Shown piece after piece: positions 9,973-19,746 of a DNA stretch of 64,000 nucleotides; position 1 is the stretch's first letter; every line of letters begins with the position of its first letter. The notes under the pieces are model-generated. The model saw only the letters and a program-made list of their open reading frames with translations. It was not told the DNA's origin and ran no database searches. The position numbers and the translations under genes are program-made. Source of the DNA: Phycisphaerales bacterium (GTDB taxonomy: Bacteria > Planctomycetota > Phycisphaerae > WQYP01); NCBI GenBank assembly GCA_027451365.1, contig DAIDJN010000084.1, positions 62,869 through 126,868 of the forward strand, written 5' to 3'.

Positions 9973-11376
9973 ATGACACGGGACACAGATTTGAAAATGA
10001 ATTCCCTTTCTGGCAAACGGGTGGTGGTAATGGGACTGGGGAATTTTGGCGGCGGCGTGGGCGTGAGCCGCTGGCTTTGCGCACAAGGCGCACAGGTCAC
10101 GGTCACGGACAGCCAGCCCCAGGCGGAACTTCAGAGCGCCCTGGAAAAGATTAAAGACCTTCCGGTGCGGGTAATTGCTGGTGGCCACCCTTTTTCCCTG
10201 CTGGATTCCTGCGACCTGCTGGTGGTAAACCCCGCGGTGAATAAGTCACAATCTGATTTTTATCTGGAAGCGGTTCGCCGACAAATCGCGATTTCTACGG
10301 AAATTAACCTGTTTCTGGAGCGGTGTCCTGCAACCATTATTGGAGTGACCGGAAGTGTGGGCAAATCCACCACAACGGCAATGATTCACACCGCTTTGGC
10401 GGCAATTTATGAGAAAAGCGGCCGGGGAAAATGCTGGATGGGCGGCAACATTGGCCAATCGCTGCTGGCGGATCTGGTCAAAATGACGGCTGCGGATGTG
10501 GTGGTACTGGAACTTTCCAGTTTTATGCTTGAGGATACGCCGCTGCTGAAATTTTCGCCGCATGTGGCGGTGGTTACGAATCTGGTGGGAAACCATCTGG
10601 ATCGCCACGGGACGCTGGCGAATTATGCCAAGGCGAAGCAGAATATTCTGCGATTTCAAAAGAGCAATGATTTTGCCATCCTGAATTCGGAAGATCCTGT
10701 TGTCGCCGGCTGGGGTAACCTGACCGCTGGTAGGGCGTTGTTTTATGGCGTGGCTGACCGTCCGCCCCTGGAACTCGGTGTGCCTGGACGGCATAACCAG
10801 TCCAACGCGCGGGCGGCGCTGGCGGTTATTGGTGCTTTGGGCCTTTCCGAGGAACTGCCTGCTGCGTTGGCCGCGTTACGTGCATTTCGCGGTCTGCCAC
10901 ACCGACTGGAACTTGTGCACAGCGTCCAATTGAAACATGGGAACACAACCTACAGCGTTCAATGGTTTAACGATTCCAAAGCCACGACACCGGAAAGCGC
11001 GCTAATCGCGTTGGATGCCTTTATACCAGGCAGCTTTGTGTGCATTATTGGCGGTTATAATAAACATGCAGATATGACTAAGTTTACATATACGCTCGCG
11101 GCGCGTTGTGCCGGCGTACTGGGGACAGGGGATACCGGCCCGGCAATGGTCCAACAGGTGCTGGCACATGGGCGGCTGACGGAATCACGTTGCATGGTAG
11201 CGAAAAATCTGGAAGACGCGATGCGGACCGCACATCAGTGGGTGCGCACCGATCCGGCGGTAAGAACCATTCTGCTTTCACCCGGCTGTGCATCGTATGG
11301 GTTGTTTACAAATTATGAACAGCGCGGTGCCGTTTTCACCCAACTGGCACGGACATTTAATCCGCAGACCGCTTAA
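9973..11376 (+). CDS. murD: UDP-N-acetylmuramoyl-L-alanine--D-glutamate ligase
   Basis: VMGLGNFGGG, GVTGSVGKSTT, ELSSF, NHLDRH, LPHRLE, NDSKAT, LSPGCAS; start approximate. Confidence 0.95.
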   Translation: MTRDTDLKMNSLSGKRVVVMGLGNFGGGVGVSRWLCAQGAQVTVTDSQPQAELQSALEKIKDLPVRVIAGGHPFSLLDSCDLLVVNPAVNKSQSDFYLEAVRRQIAISTEINLFLERCPATIIGVTGSVGKSTTTAMIHTALAAIYEKSGRGKCWMGGNIGQSLLADLVKMTAADVVVLELSSFMLEDTPLLKFSPHVAVVTNLVGNHLDRHGTLANYAKAKQNILRFQKSNDFAILNSEDPVVAGWGNLTAGRALFYGVADRPPLELGVPGRHNQSNARAALAVIGALGLSEELPAALAALRAFRGLPHRLELVHSVQLKHGNTTYSVQWFNDSKATTPESALIALDAFIPGSFVCIIGGYNKHADMTKFTYTLAARCAGVLGTGDTGPAMVQQVLAHGRLTESRCMVAKNLEDAMRTAHQWVRTDPAVRTILLSPGCASYGLFTNYEQRGAVFTQLARTFNPQTA

Positions 11377-14269
11377 TATTTTCTCCATCTTGCCGTCGTA
11401 TACCAACAGCTTTGTGCGGGGCACCAAAACTTGGTGACCGGGTATTGACCATCACAACGTGGCGCGAAGGTGGAACTTTGAAAGATGCAGTCAGGCCGTT
11501 ATGTTGCGGATGCAACGTTATAATTCGCCGACTGGCTGCCGCTTCCACTACCAGCTTGCAGCCGCTGACCGAATTGCCGGCATCATCGAGAACCACCAGA
11601 CTGTTAATTCCCGGCTTAAGCCAGCAACTCGGCAGATAAAGTCCCATCGGCATGTTGAAATCCGGATAGCGGCCCAGATTATGCCCATTGATCCACATAA
11701 AACCTGCGAATAGCGTACCAGGCGACACGCGAAGGATGGTGTGCTGACCTCCTGGATTCGGCAGCCAGGAAAATGTGGTCCGGTAAAAGCATGGAACTCC
11801 GGGCGGCGGAGAGGCTGCGGAAACTGGCTGCCAGCCTGCGGGTGCCATCGGCGATCCGATACCACCGTGAATTCGCCAATCTGTAATAATACCTTGATCA
11901 GGCAATGGCGGTATGGCGCGAACAGCTATGGATTTGGAAGCAATGCCGACAACTGGAGCATTGCCTTTGGCGACCGGGACGGCCGATTTTACCACAGATG
12001 GATGCGCCGGCTTCACGAGCACCAGCCGCAAAGGGCGGAAAAAACCTTTGTAATCAATATAGCGGAATGGTCCGACATAGCTGCAAATTTTACTGCGATC
12101 CTGGGCAATCGCCAGAATAGCCAATTCGCTGGTACCGGCCCGCAGTTGAAGTTGAATAACCGAAGGATTTCCAAATGCAATTTTACGGCCATTCAGGAAG
12201 AAAGCGGCATAATTGCTGACGCGCGGCACCAGCAGATGATACATTCCGGATGTAGGAATTATTAATTTCGCGCGGTACCACTGATAATCGCCGGGGTAAT
12301 CACCAAAGCCAAGCTGCCTTGGGCGCGCACTGGTGAGCCAGTGGCTGTCGTTATATCCGGGTTGGGCAGGCCCATCGGCAAGTCGAACCTGCCACGGGCC
12401 AAGCTGCGGTGCCGGATTGATCTGCTTTACCGGAAGCGACTGATTCTTTGGCGGCACGAACTGTGTCCAGTTGCCATGGCGATAGACATAGGCCCAGGCG
12501 GTGGGAAGTCGCAGCGGGCATTCCGTAAGCATGCGTTCGCGCATTCCATGATTTTGCATTTTGCCCACGTACCAGGGACCGATCACAATAGATGGCGTTG
12601 GCTTATGAAGAAACCAGGTACCAGCGGCCATTCCACGGGATTCCGTCAAGATGCGAAACACTCCCTTTTTTGTGACCAGCGAATAGACTCGCGGGTGCCG
12701 ACCGGGAAACCGAATGGGCAGCGCCATCGCGATGCCGGCATTTCCGACCTTCGCGATAGAAGAAAATTCCGGCGATTTATGAAGAATAACATTGCCGGCC
12801 GCAAGGTGAAGGCGAACAATGCCCCGGGAATGAGCTGGCCCATAAACCAGCAGCGTCTGGGCACCGGCCGTGGTGCGGATTGCCAGTACGCGCGCACAAA
12901 TTTCCGTCAGGTGCAACCAGGGAAGTGTTTGAAAATGAAGTTCCACTGGGAAGGTATGCCCCGGCAGAATCGTGACTGGCGTGCCACCCGGTGGCGAACA
13001 TAAGTAGGGAGCGTTACCCGTATTCATGATAAATACAATGGTGCCGGCCGGACTTTTGCGGGCATACACATGAATTCCCGTCCGCGGCGTGCCCAACCAA
13101 GCACGGTAAGGAGCGGTGGCATTCGTGCTGTTTTCCAGAACGGGCGCGAAAGACCGCGCAAAATAATTCGCCTGTTTGTAATGGTAGTACATGACCCGCA
13201 AGTCGCCCGCCTGGCCAATGGGCGAACCAAAGTCGTAGCTTGCTCGCACGGATCGACAGTTCCAGTGGGAAAAATTACTGCCCCCCACCGCCATGAAAAT
13301 ATTGTAGCCGCTGCCGCCAAAGGCCAACACGCGCCAGACCGCTTCCAGATGCAGCTTTTCAAATATCGCATTGACATTTCCACCGCTGCGGGTTTTTACC
13401 GGCGGTGCGGCGTTATGAATAAACTGCCAGTGAAAATAAATATCGGGATTTGCGTCGCCGTAAGCGTTGAACCAGCCGCTCCAGAGTTCCGTGGAAAACC
13501 ATGGAGTTGGGCGGCCCACTGAATTAAACGAGTGCACGCCGGCAGGATTAAAGCCCTGATGGAGTCCACTGAAAAAAAACGGAACGTTGATGCCGTTTTT
13601 AAGGGCCATGGTGTGCATCCAGCGCAGATAACGATTGTTGAGAACCGCCCCCCAGCCGGGGCCATATTCATTTTCCATTTGAACCATTACCACCGGGCCG
13701 CCATGGGTAATCTGATTTGCGGCCACCATTGGAAGCAATTTATCAAAATAAGGTGTCAGGGCGTTTATGAAAGGCGGCGTAAAGGTGCGCACCGACATGT
13801 TGGGGATAAAGCGAAGCCAGTTGGGCAAACCGCCGTTGGACCATTCACCGTTATTATATGGCCCGATGCGCAGGATGGCGTACATGTGCATTTTTTTTAC
13901 AAGTGCCAGAAAGGCGCTTAGGTTTCGCCGTCCGTAAAAGGATATTTCCCCCTGTTTAGGCTCCTGATAGGCCCAGAAAATGTAGGTGGAAACCGTGTTA
14001 AACCCGGCCCGTTTCATGCGTTCAAGCCGGTCGGCCCATAAGGCCCGAGGGACACGGGCATAATGCAGCGAACCTGACGCAATAAATGTCCGCTGACCAT
14101 GCAAAATGAATCCCTTTCCATCAACGCGAATGATTTTGCCCACCGAAGCCGGCGGCGGAAACATGAGATCGTTGCCATCGCCGAATGCTGGAGTTGCAGC
14201 GGAAAGAATAACGACCAGAACGAGAAAATGCCCGATTAATCGGTTAATAAAAGGCGAGAGCCGCGACAT
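11357..14269 (-). CDS. secreted GH35 beta-galactosidase-family glycoside hydrolase
   Basis: SGSLHYARVP, QMENEYG (acid/base), TELWSGWF (nucleophile), SYDFGSPI, WINGHNLGRY; signal peptide. Confidence 0.9.
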   Translation of the reverse strand: MSRLSPFINRLIGHFLVLVVILSAATPAFGDGNDLMFPPPASVGKIIRVDGKGFILHGQRTFIASGSLHYARVPRALWADRLERMKRAGFNTVSTYIFWAYQEPKQGEISFYGRRNLSAFLALVKKMHMYAILRIGPYNNGEWSNGGLPNWLRFIPNMSVRTFTPPFINALTPYFDKLLPMVAANQITHGGPVVMVQMENEYGPGWGAVLNNRYLRWMHTMALKNGINVPFFFSGLHQGFNPAGVHSFNSVGRPTPWFSTELWSGWFNAYGDANPDIYFHWQFIHNAAPPVKTRSGGNVNAIFEKLHLEAVWRVLAFGGSGYNIFMAVGGSNFSHWNCRSVRASYDFGSPIGQAGDLRVMYYHYKQANYFARSFAPVLENSTNATAPYRAWLGTPRTGIHVYARKSPAGTIVFIMNTGNAPYLCSPPGGTPVTILPGHTFPVELHFQTLPWLHLTEICARVLAIRTTAGAQTLLVYGPAHSRGIVRLHLAAGNVILHKSPEFSSIAKVGNAGIAMALPIRFPGRHPRVYSLVTKKGVFRILTESRGMAAGTWFLHKPTPSIVIGPWYVGKMQNHGMRERMLTECPLRLPTAWAYVYRHGNWTQFVPPKNQSLPVKQINPAPQLGPWQVRLADGPAQPGYNDSHWLTSARPRQLGFGDYPGDYQWYRAKLIIPTSGMYHLLVPRVSNYAAFFLNGRKIAFGNPSVIQLQLRAGTSELAILAIAQDRSKICSYVGPFRYIDYKGFFRPLRLVLVKPAHPSVVKSAVPVAKGNAPVVGIASKSIAVRAIPPLPDQGIITDWRIHGGIGSPMAPAGWQPVSAASPPPGVPCFYRTTFSWLPNPGGQHTILRVSPGTLFAGFMWINGHNLGRYPDFNMPMGLYLPSCWLKPGINSLVVLDDAGNSVSGCKLVVEAAASRRIITLHPQHNGLTASFKVPPSRHVVMVNTRSPSFGAPHKAVGIRRQDGENIKRSAD

Positions 14270-14424
14270 TCCATGCTCCAAAATAAGCAATGCAGAGAGA
14301 CCGTCAGATAAACAAAGTTTCAACGCGGAATGGACTGGTCTATTGCCACTAATTTTGAAGGCAGGCGGCGTCCGTAAAGAATTGGATAAGAAAAGTTGAA
14401 GAGTTCGCTGAAGCGGTCGAAATA

Positions 14425-14871
14425 TTAAGCGCTGCGCTTCATGAATCGGAGCCAATTTCCGGAAAGCGAACCAACGGCGGCGACCAGATTGGCCGCCCGG
14501 ATCGGCTTAGATAATACCACTTCCACATCCAGGTCAAACGTATTTTCATTAGGGTCCGTTCCGTCGGACTCAAGAATAGCGATCGTTTCAATTCCCTGGC
14601 TGGCGGAATTCTGACGAATTGCGTTTAACATCCGACGGGCGTCGGGATCCGAAGCGTTTAACTTAAATAGGATCACGTCCGGGCGAGGCCGACCGGCGAA
14701 CGGCGCATCGCCTCGCAGATAAGGCAGTACATCCGCCTGTCGTTTTAGCGCGATGATACGGTTGCAAATGCGGGCCTCTTCAAACGCCTTGGTCATTAAA
14801 AAGATATCTTCCGGCAAATCCTCCACGAGGAGGAAAACCAGAGGCTCAAAATTCACAGGGGACAAATCCAT
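14425..14871 (-). CDS. single-domain Rcp1-like receiver, atypical (phospho-Asp replaced)
   Basis: LLVED..ED, YLRG..PFA.RPRPDVILFKLN, SKP; AAAGGAG RBS before ATG 14871. Confidence 0.75.
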   Translation of the reverse strand: MDLSPVNFEPLVFLLVEDLPEDIFLMTKAFEEARICNRIIALKRQADVLPYLRGDAPFAGRPRPDVILFKLNASDPDARRMLNAIRQNSASQGIETIAILESDGTDPNENTFDLDVEVVLSKPIRAANLVAAVGSLSGNWLRFMKRSA

Positions 14872-15072
14872 GGAAGGTATCTCCTTTTCGCGACGACCAA
14901 TGCCGAGGCATAGATCGAATTCTTCGGCCAATCGATTGTCCATCATGAGCGTTAGAATTGTCTGCTTGCTGATACGGTATTGACTCCGAATTTTCAGTAC
15001 GACATAAGTCAATATCTTATCGGGCGACTGGCCGGTGTTGCTTGAATTTTAATCGCCGATTAGGTTAATGAC

Positions 15073-15864
15073 ATGAAAGTGTCCGCATCCATCACCGTTA
15101 CTGTATTGGGATCTGGCACATCGGCGGGCGTGCCGATGATAGGATGTCATTGCCCGGTTTGCCAAAGTTCAGACACCCGCGACCGTCGAACGCGTTGCAG
15201 TATTGTCATATCCTACGCAAACAGGCATATTCTTATTGATACCGCGCCTGAATTGCGGCTGCAGGCGATTGCCAACAGTATTGACCAGGTTGATGCGATT
15301 GTATTTACGCATGCCCACGCGGACCACATTTTCGGACTGGATGACGTTCGTCGCTACAACGCGCTTCTTCAGGCTCCTCTACCAGTTTATGCCGCACCGG
15401 AAACACTGGAAGTGTTGCTGCGAATTTTTCCGTATGCTTTCGCCCGTCAGAATGTGGATCGTATTTTCAAACCGGAACTAATTCCAACTCCGATTCAAGG
15501 CGCATTGGATATATTTGGCACCACTTGGCAACCAATCCCGCTCTTGCACGGCCGCAACCGAGTTCTGGGTTTTCGCATCGGTGATTTTGCATATTGCACG
15601 GACTGCTCGGCGATTCCCTCCGAATCAATGCAGCTTTTGCAGGGCTTGGACGTTCTAATTATTGACGGCTTGCGTCCCCGGGTGCATCCCACCCATTTTT
15701 CATTTGATCAGGCATTGGAAGTCATAGAGGCGGTTAAACCCAGACGGGCATTTTTCACACATTTGTCACATGATTCTTTTCATGCGGATATCGAAGCCGG
15801 CCTGCCGGCCCATGTCCGCGTCTGTTTTGACGGCCTGAAACTGGATATACCAGCAGCGGATTAA
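15073..15864 (+). CDS. MBL-fold metallo-hydrolase (PhnP-like)
   Basis: LGSGTSAGVP.IGC.C.VC, THAHADHIFGLDD, YCTD, HPTH, THLSH. Confidence 0.9.
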   Translation: MKVSASITVTVLGSGTSAGVPMIGCHCPVCQSSDTRDRRTRCSIVISYANRHILIDTAPELRLQAIANSIDQVDAIVFTHAHADHIFGLDDVRRYNALLQAPLPVYAAPETLEVLLRIFPYAFARQNVDRIFKPELIPTPIQGALDIFGTTWQPIPLLHGRNRVLGFRIGDFAYCTDCSAIPSESMQLLQGLDVLIIDGLRPRVHPTHFSFDQALEVIEAVKPRRAFFTHLSHDSFHADIEAGLPAHVRVCFDGLKLDIPAAD

Positions 15865-15927
15865 GTGCCGAATCTACGGCTGAGCGGGCCGCTCTTTTTT
15901 ACGACCGCGCGGCAGCTTGCCACCTGT

Positions 15928-16797
15928 CTACGATTCCGAACCGATATTCCATTGTCGGTAAAGTGCCGCCGGCGGCGCGATGCTGATATGGGCCCGTTTT
16001 TCCAGGCGCGTTGTACCAACGCGGACGGCCCAAGCGTCGCTTTCTCCCATCCAGGCGGGGGTGCCGGCGGGCAGATCAAACAGGGGAATAGGTCGAAGGT
16101 CGTCCTTGGAAATTCCGCTCTTATAAAGTGCCAGTGGTACGAAGTGATCCGGATGGTGGATTTTGGGGGCCAGAATTTGCAGATTCTGATTCCAGTTTTC
16201 AACTAAGGCGGCGGTGGCCGCGGCAAGTCTGTCCTGGTTTCCATGGGCGGCGCTTTCGGGTTGTGTAGGATGCATCATATTCACATAGGTTCCTGCAAAT
16301 TGACTGCCCATCGCGGTTTTCCGCCAACTGGCAAATGCGGCGTCGGCCCTGGCACCCAGGCCAATCACCGCTTCAATACGCGGATTGATAAGTGCGTTGA
16401 GCCACGCATGGCGATAATCTGCGACGGCAGGCATATCTTGATACATGACGGGAGCCTTGCTGTTGGCGATCGCGTAGATGAAGGTGTTAACCATCACATA
16501 ACTTCGGGAAATGCCGAGCTTTGCTAAAAAGCCGCCAATCCGCTGGCCGGCCGAACCAACCAGAATGCGGCGTACGATTATTTCCATCTGGGTCGGCACC
16601 ATACCCAACACCAGCACGCGAGCGGTTCCGTCCAACCGGCCACGATGAAATACCGGTCCCCATTCCAAGTGAAAATCCATCGGTGGATAAACCGTCGCAT
16701 CTGGGAAATTCGAACAAAGCGAAATGAAAGGTTCAACGCCATAGCCCGGACAAAAGGCTGGCGGAGGTGTAAAGGTGCGTTTTCGCGGTTCTGTCAT
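15928..16797 (-). CDS. uracil-DNA glycosylase-superfamily protein with degenerate motif A
   Basis: EWGPVFHRGRLDG.ARVLVLG, RRILVG.AG.R..GFL.KLGI.RSY..VNTF, HPT; GMVP where GQDP is expected. Confidence 0.7.
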   Translation of the reverse strand: MTEPRKRTFTPPPAFCPGYGVEPFISLCSNFPDATVYPPMDFHLEWGPVFHRGRLDGTARVLVLGMVPTQMEIIVRRILVGSAGQRIGGFLAKLGISRSYVMVNTFIYAIANSKAPVMYQDMPAVADYRHAWLNALINPRIEAVIGLGARADAAFASWRKTAMGSQFAGTYVNMMHPTQPESAAHGNQDRLAAATAALVENWNQNLQILAPKIHHPDHFVPLALYKSGISKDDLRPIPLFDLPAGTPAWMGESDAWAVRVGTTRLEKRAHISIAPPAALYRQWNIGSES

Positions 16798-16798
16798 G

Positions 16799-18688
16799 TC
16801 ACGGTTTATAACCGGCGATCCGCTGCGTATCAATCAGGTAACTCCGCCAGCCGCCATAAGAGGAAATATCGCGGCTGTTCTGAATCGCAGCTGGTTCACA
16901 TAAAAAGCCCTTAACCCAGGATTTACTGAGCAATTCCACATTTCCGATGCAGAGAAGCGGGGGCACCAGTTCGAGAAATTGGCCCATTTTTTCCACCGGC
17001 ATTCGCCATATTTCCAACTGGATAGCCACGCCATCCGTTTCCACGCGTACCAGTCCGGGCTTCGGTGGGGCAACTCCGGTTAGGAGATATAACCGGTAAG
17101 TCGGCGATGTTTGGTCCGACCGCACCAGCCACGCGCCCAGGTTGGTTAATTGATGGTTCAGGGGCTGACCGGAAAGGTGTGCGCCAACCACCGCAAGGTC
17201 CATCAGACCAACTGTACGCCCATTAAGTTCCGCCGCATTTGGCGCGATGGATGCGGTAACCGGGTGAGAATCTTCTGGCAGTTCGAACGCGGACGCCAAC
17301 TCCAGGATTTTGTGTTCCGCAAAACTTTCGGCAACGAAAGAAATTCCCCACGGCAGGCCATTCGCGCGGCGACCTGCCGGAACCGCTATGGCGGAACAGT
17401 CCAGTAAATTGACGAATCTGGTGTAAAATCCAAGATTGGTGTTTAACGCAATCGGGTCACGCCGAATTTCTGAACGCGTGTAAATTGTGGGAGATGTCGG
17501 CAGCATCAGAGCTCGTATGGTGCGCCATACCGGACGCAACTGGCACAGCAAGGACCGCTGCCGATGCATCGCCTGAAAGACGTCCTGGGCGGAGTAATCG
17601 CTTGAATTGGAGAAGATGTCGCGGATAATCGGAAGGCATGCCTCCGGATGCGCCTGCACAAATGGCTTTAAACCTGCAAAGCGTTCGACAATCCAAGGGC
17701 CATTGTAAAGCAATTCGCCGGCCTGCAGGAACGGGGTATAGTCAATTTCAACAATATTAGCACCGATCTTTCGCAAGCGGGAAATGGATTCTCTATATAA
17801 ACGGGCGGATTCGGAATCACCGAAAAATTCGTATTGATCATGCCGCAATACGCCAATGTTAAATGCTCGCGGCAGCGCGCCGGGATTCTGCAGGGGCGGC
17901 GGCGTTTGAATAGAAAATTCGTCCAGGTCATCCGGCTGGCGAAGAACATTGAATACCCGCTGGGAATCACCGGCATTTATTGAAAACACTGAAACACAAT
18001 CCAGAGATCGGCACGCCGGCACCACTCCGCGGGTGCTAAGCAGGCCACGGGTCGGTTTGAATCCGACAATGCCATTGAGGGCGGCGGGTATTCTGCCTGA
18101 ACCGGCAGTATCGGTACCCAGCGAAAAGGCCACATGGCCCATCGCCACGGCAACGGCGGAACCGGAACTTGACCCGCCGGAGATATATTCCGGATTTACA
18201 GCGTTCGGACATTCGCCATAGGGTGAACGCACCCCGGCCAGACCCGTGGCGAACTGATCCATATTGGTTTTGCCAAGGCAGATGGCACCGGCACGTTCCA
18301 GCAAACTGATGACGGGCGCATTTTCCTTCGGTTGATAACTGAAACCGGGGCAGGCGGCGGTGGTAGCCAGGCCGCTAACATCAATATTGTCTTTGACGCC
18401 ATAAGGGATACCGAAAAGGGGAAACTGTTCCAGAACGCCGGGAAGGGTTTGCAGAAGATGATCCAGTTTTTCGGCCCGACAGCGTAATTCGGCGGCCTGA
18501 GAAATGGAAATCCAGACAGTGGTATCCGGGACGGTATGAATTCTTCGCAAAGACTCGTCCACCACCTGCCGAACGGTTATTTCACCTGCGGCGTATGCTC
18601 GCAAAATTGCAGCGATAGTGAATTTGAATGTTTTCAGATTCGCGTCAGTCACAGGCCGCTTCCTCAATACTACTTGACACGTTCGCAT
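16799..18688 (-). CDS. atzF: allophanate hydrolase
   Basis: Amidase signature VKDNID / GKTNMDQFATGL / GGSSSGS / GTDTAGSGR plus AtzF C-domain VVGAHLSGQPLN..GFLCE; true start probably a few codons downstream. Confidence 0.93.
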   Translation of the reverse strand: MRTCQVVLRKRPVTDANLKTFKFTIAAILRAYAAGEITVRQVVDESLRRIHTVPDTTVWISISQAAELRCRAEKLDHLLQTLPGVLEQFPLFGIPYGVKDNIDVSGLATTAACPGFSYQPKENAPVISLLERAGAICLGKTNMDQFATGLAGVRSPYGECPNAVNPEYISGGSSSGSAVAVAMGHVAFSLGTDTAGSGRIPAALNGIVGFKPTRGLLSTRGVVPACRSLDCVSVFSINAGDSQRVFNVLRQPDDLDEFSIQTPPPLQNPGALPRAFNIGVLRHDQYEFFGDSESARLYRESISRLRKIGANIVEIDYTPFLQAGELLYNGPWIVERFAGLKPFVQAHPEACLPIIRDIFSNSSDYSAQDVFQAMHRQRSLLCQLRPVWRTIRALMLPTSPTIYTRSEIRRDPIALNTNLGFYTRFVNLLDCSAIAVPAGRRANGLPWGISFVAESFAEHKILELASAFELPEDSHPVTASIAPNAAELNGRTVGLMDLAVVGAHLSGQPLNHQLTNLGAWLVRSDQTSPTYRLYLLTGVAPPKPGLVRVETDGVAIQLEIWRMPVEKMGQFLELVPPLLCIGNVELLSKSWVKGFLCEPAAIQNSRDISSYGGWRSYLIDTQRIAGYKP

Positions 18689-18716
18689 TTTCCGTGCTGG
18701 AAAAAGGACTTGTTCT

Positions 18717-19073
18717 TTATAAAAACTCCACAGGCTTGTTCCAAATAATCAACACCACGCAACCGTTGCGACTGTAAACATCATGACTGGTGCCTGGTGG
18801 ATTCACGATGAGGGTGCCTGCTGGAAATTCGCTGGAACCATCGGACTGACCACGTCGGAGGATGATCACATGCTCATAGTCCGCATGACGATGCAGTGGC
18901 GCACGCGCCCCAGGCTGATAGCGAAGAAGTGCCGCTGCCGGGCCGGTGCGTCCGTCACCATAAATTCTGTAAATTTCAATACCCTCGCGAAAAGGCACCC
19001 AGGGCAGCTTGTCCAGATCACAATCTGAGTCAAGAAGATTGCGAAGAACGATTTGACCCTCTAATTCAGGCAT
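18717..19073 (-). CDS. ChrR-like cupin protein
   Basis: [25 protein letters not shown]; overlaps the trtA stop. Confidence 0.8.
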   Translation of the reverse strand: MPELEGQIVLRNLLDSDCDLDKLPWVPFREGIEIYRIYGDGRTGPAAALLRYQPGARAPLHRHADYEHVIILRRGQSDGSSEFPAGTLIVNPPGTSHDVYSRNGCVVLIIWNKPVEFL

Positions 19074-19746
19074 ATTCGCTTACCTCGCCAACGGCATTGA
19101 GCAGATTTTGCAATGGTGCCGTCCAGCCGACGATGGCACCCTGAGCCTTGACCATATTTATCGTCGCCTGTTTGAATTCCGGAAAATAGCTTGCGGTGCA
19201 ATCCTCCACGAGCAGGCAGTCGAAACCGCGATCATTGGCTTCGCGCATGGAGGTTTGCACACATACTTCCGTCGTGACACCGGCGAACACCAAGTGGGTC
19301 ACGGCGAGTTTGGCCAGAATTTCCAGCAGATCCGTGTGGTAAAACGCGCCCTTTCCGGGCTTCAGCAGATCGTATTCGCCGGGAATTGGCGTCAAGGCGG
19401 GAATAATCTGATTTCCCGGTTCACCATCAATTAAAATGCGTCCCAGTGCGCCTTTTTCGCCAATGCGCAACTTGGGCGATCCCCGGGAATATTTGGCGGG
19501 CGGGAGATCTGAAAGGTCAGCGTGGTGTCCTTCGCGCGTGTGAATCACGGGCCACTGGCGGGCGCGAAACAGTGCGAGCAGCTTTTGTACGGCGGGGACG
19601 ATTGCCGCAAGCTGACCGACGTCGTTTCCCAGCGTGGACCCGAATCCGCCCGGCTCGATAAAATCCCGCTGCATATCAATAATAATCAGTGCCGTAGAGC
19701 GCTGGGGCATTTGATATGCATAGGGTTCAGCTTCGACGGTTATCAT
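19066..19746 (-). CDS. trtA: triuret hydrolase-like cysteine hydrolase
   Basis: [55 protein letters not shown] match recalled TrtA signatures. Confidence 0.8.
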   Translation of the reverse strand: MITVEAEPYAYQMPQRSTALIIIDMQRDFIEPGGFGSTLGNDVGQLAAIVPAVQKLLALFRARQWPVIHTREGHHADLSDLPPAKYSRGSPKLRIGEKGALGRILIDGEPGNQIIPALTPIPGEYDLLKPGKGAFYHTDLLEILAKLAVTHLVFAGVTTEVCVQTSMREANDRGFDCLLVEDCTASYFPEFKQATINMVKAQGAIVGWTAPLQNLLNAVGEVSEYA

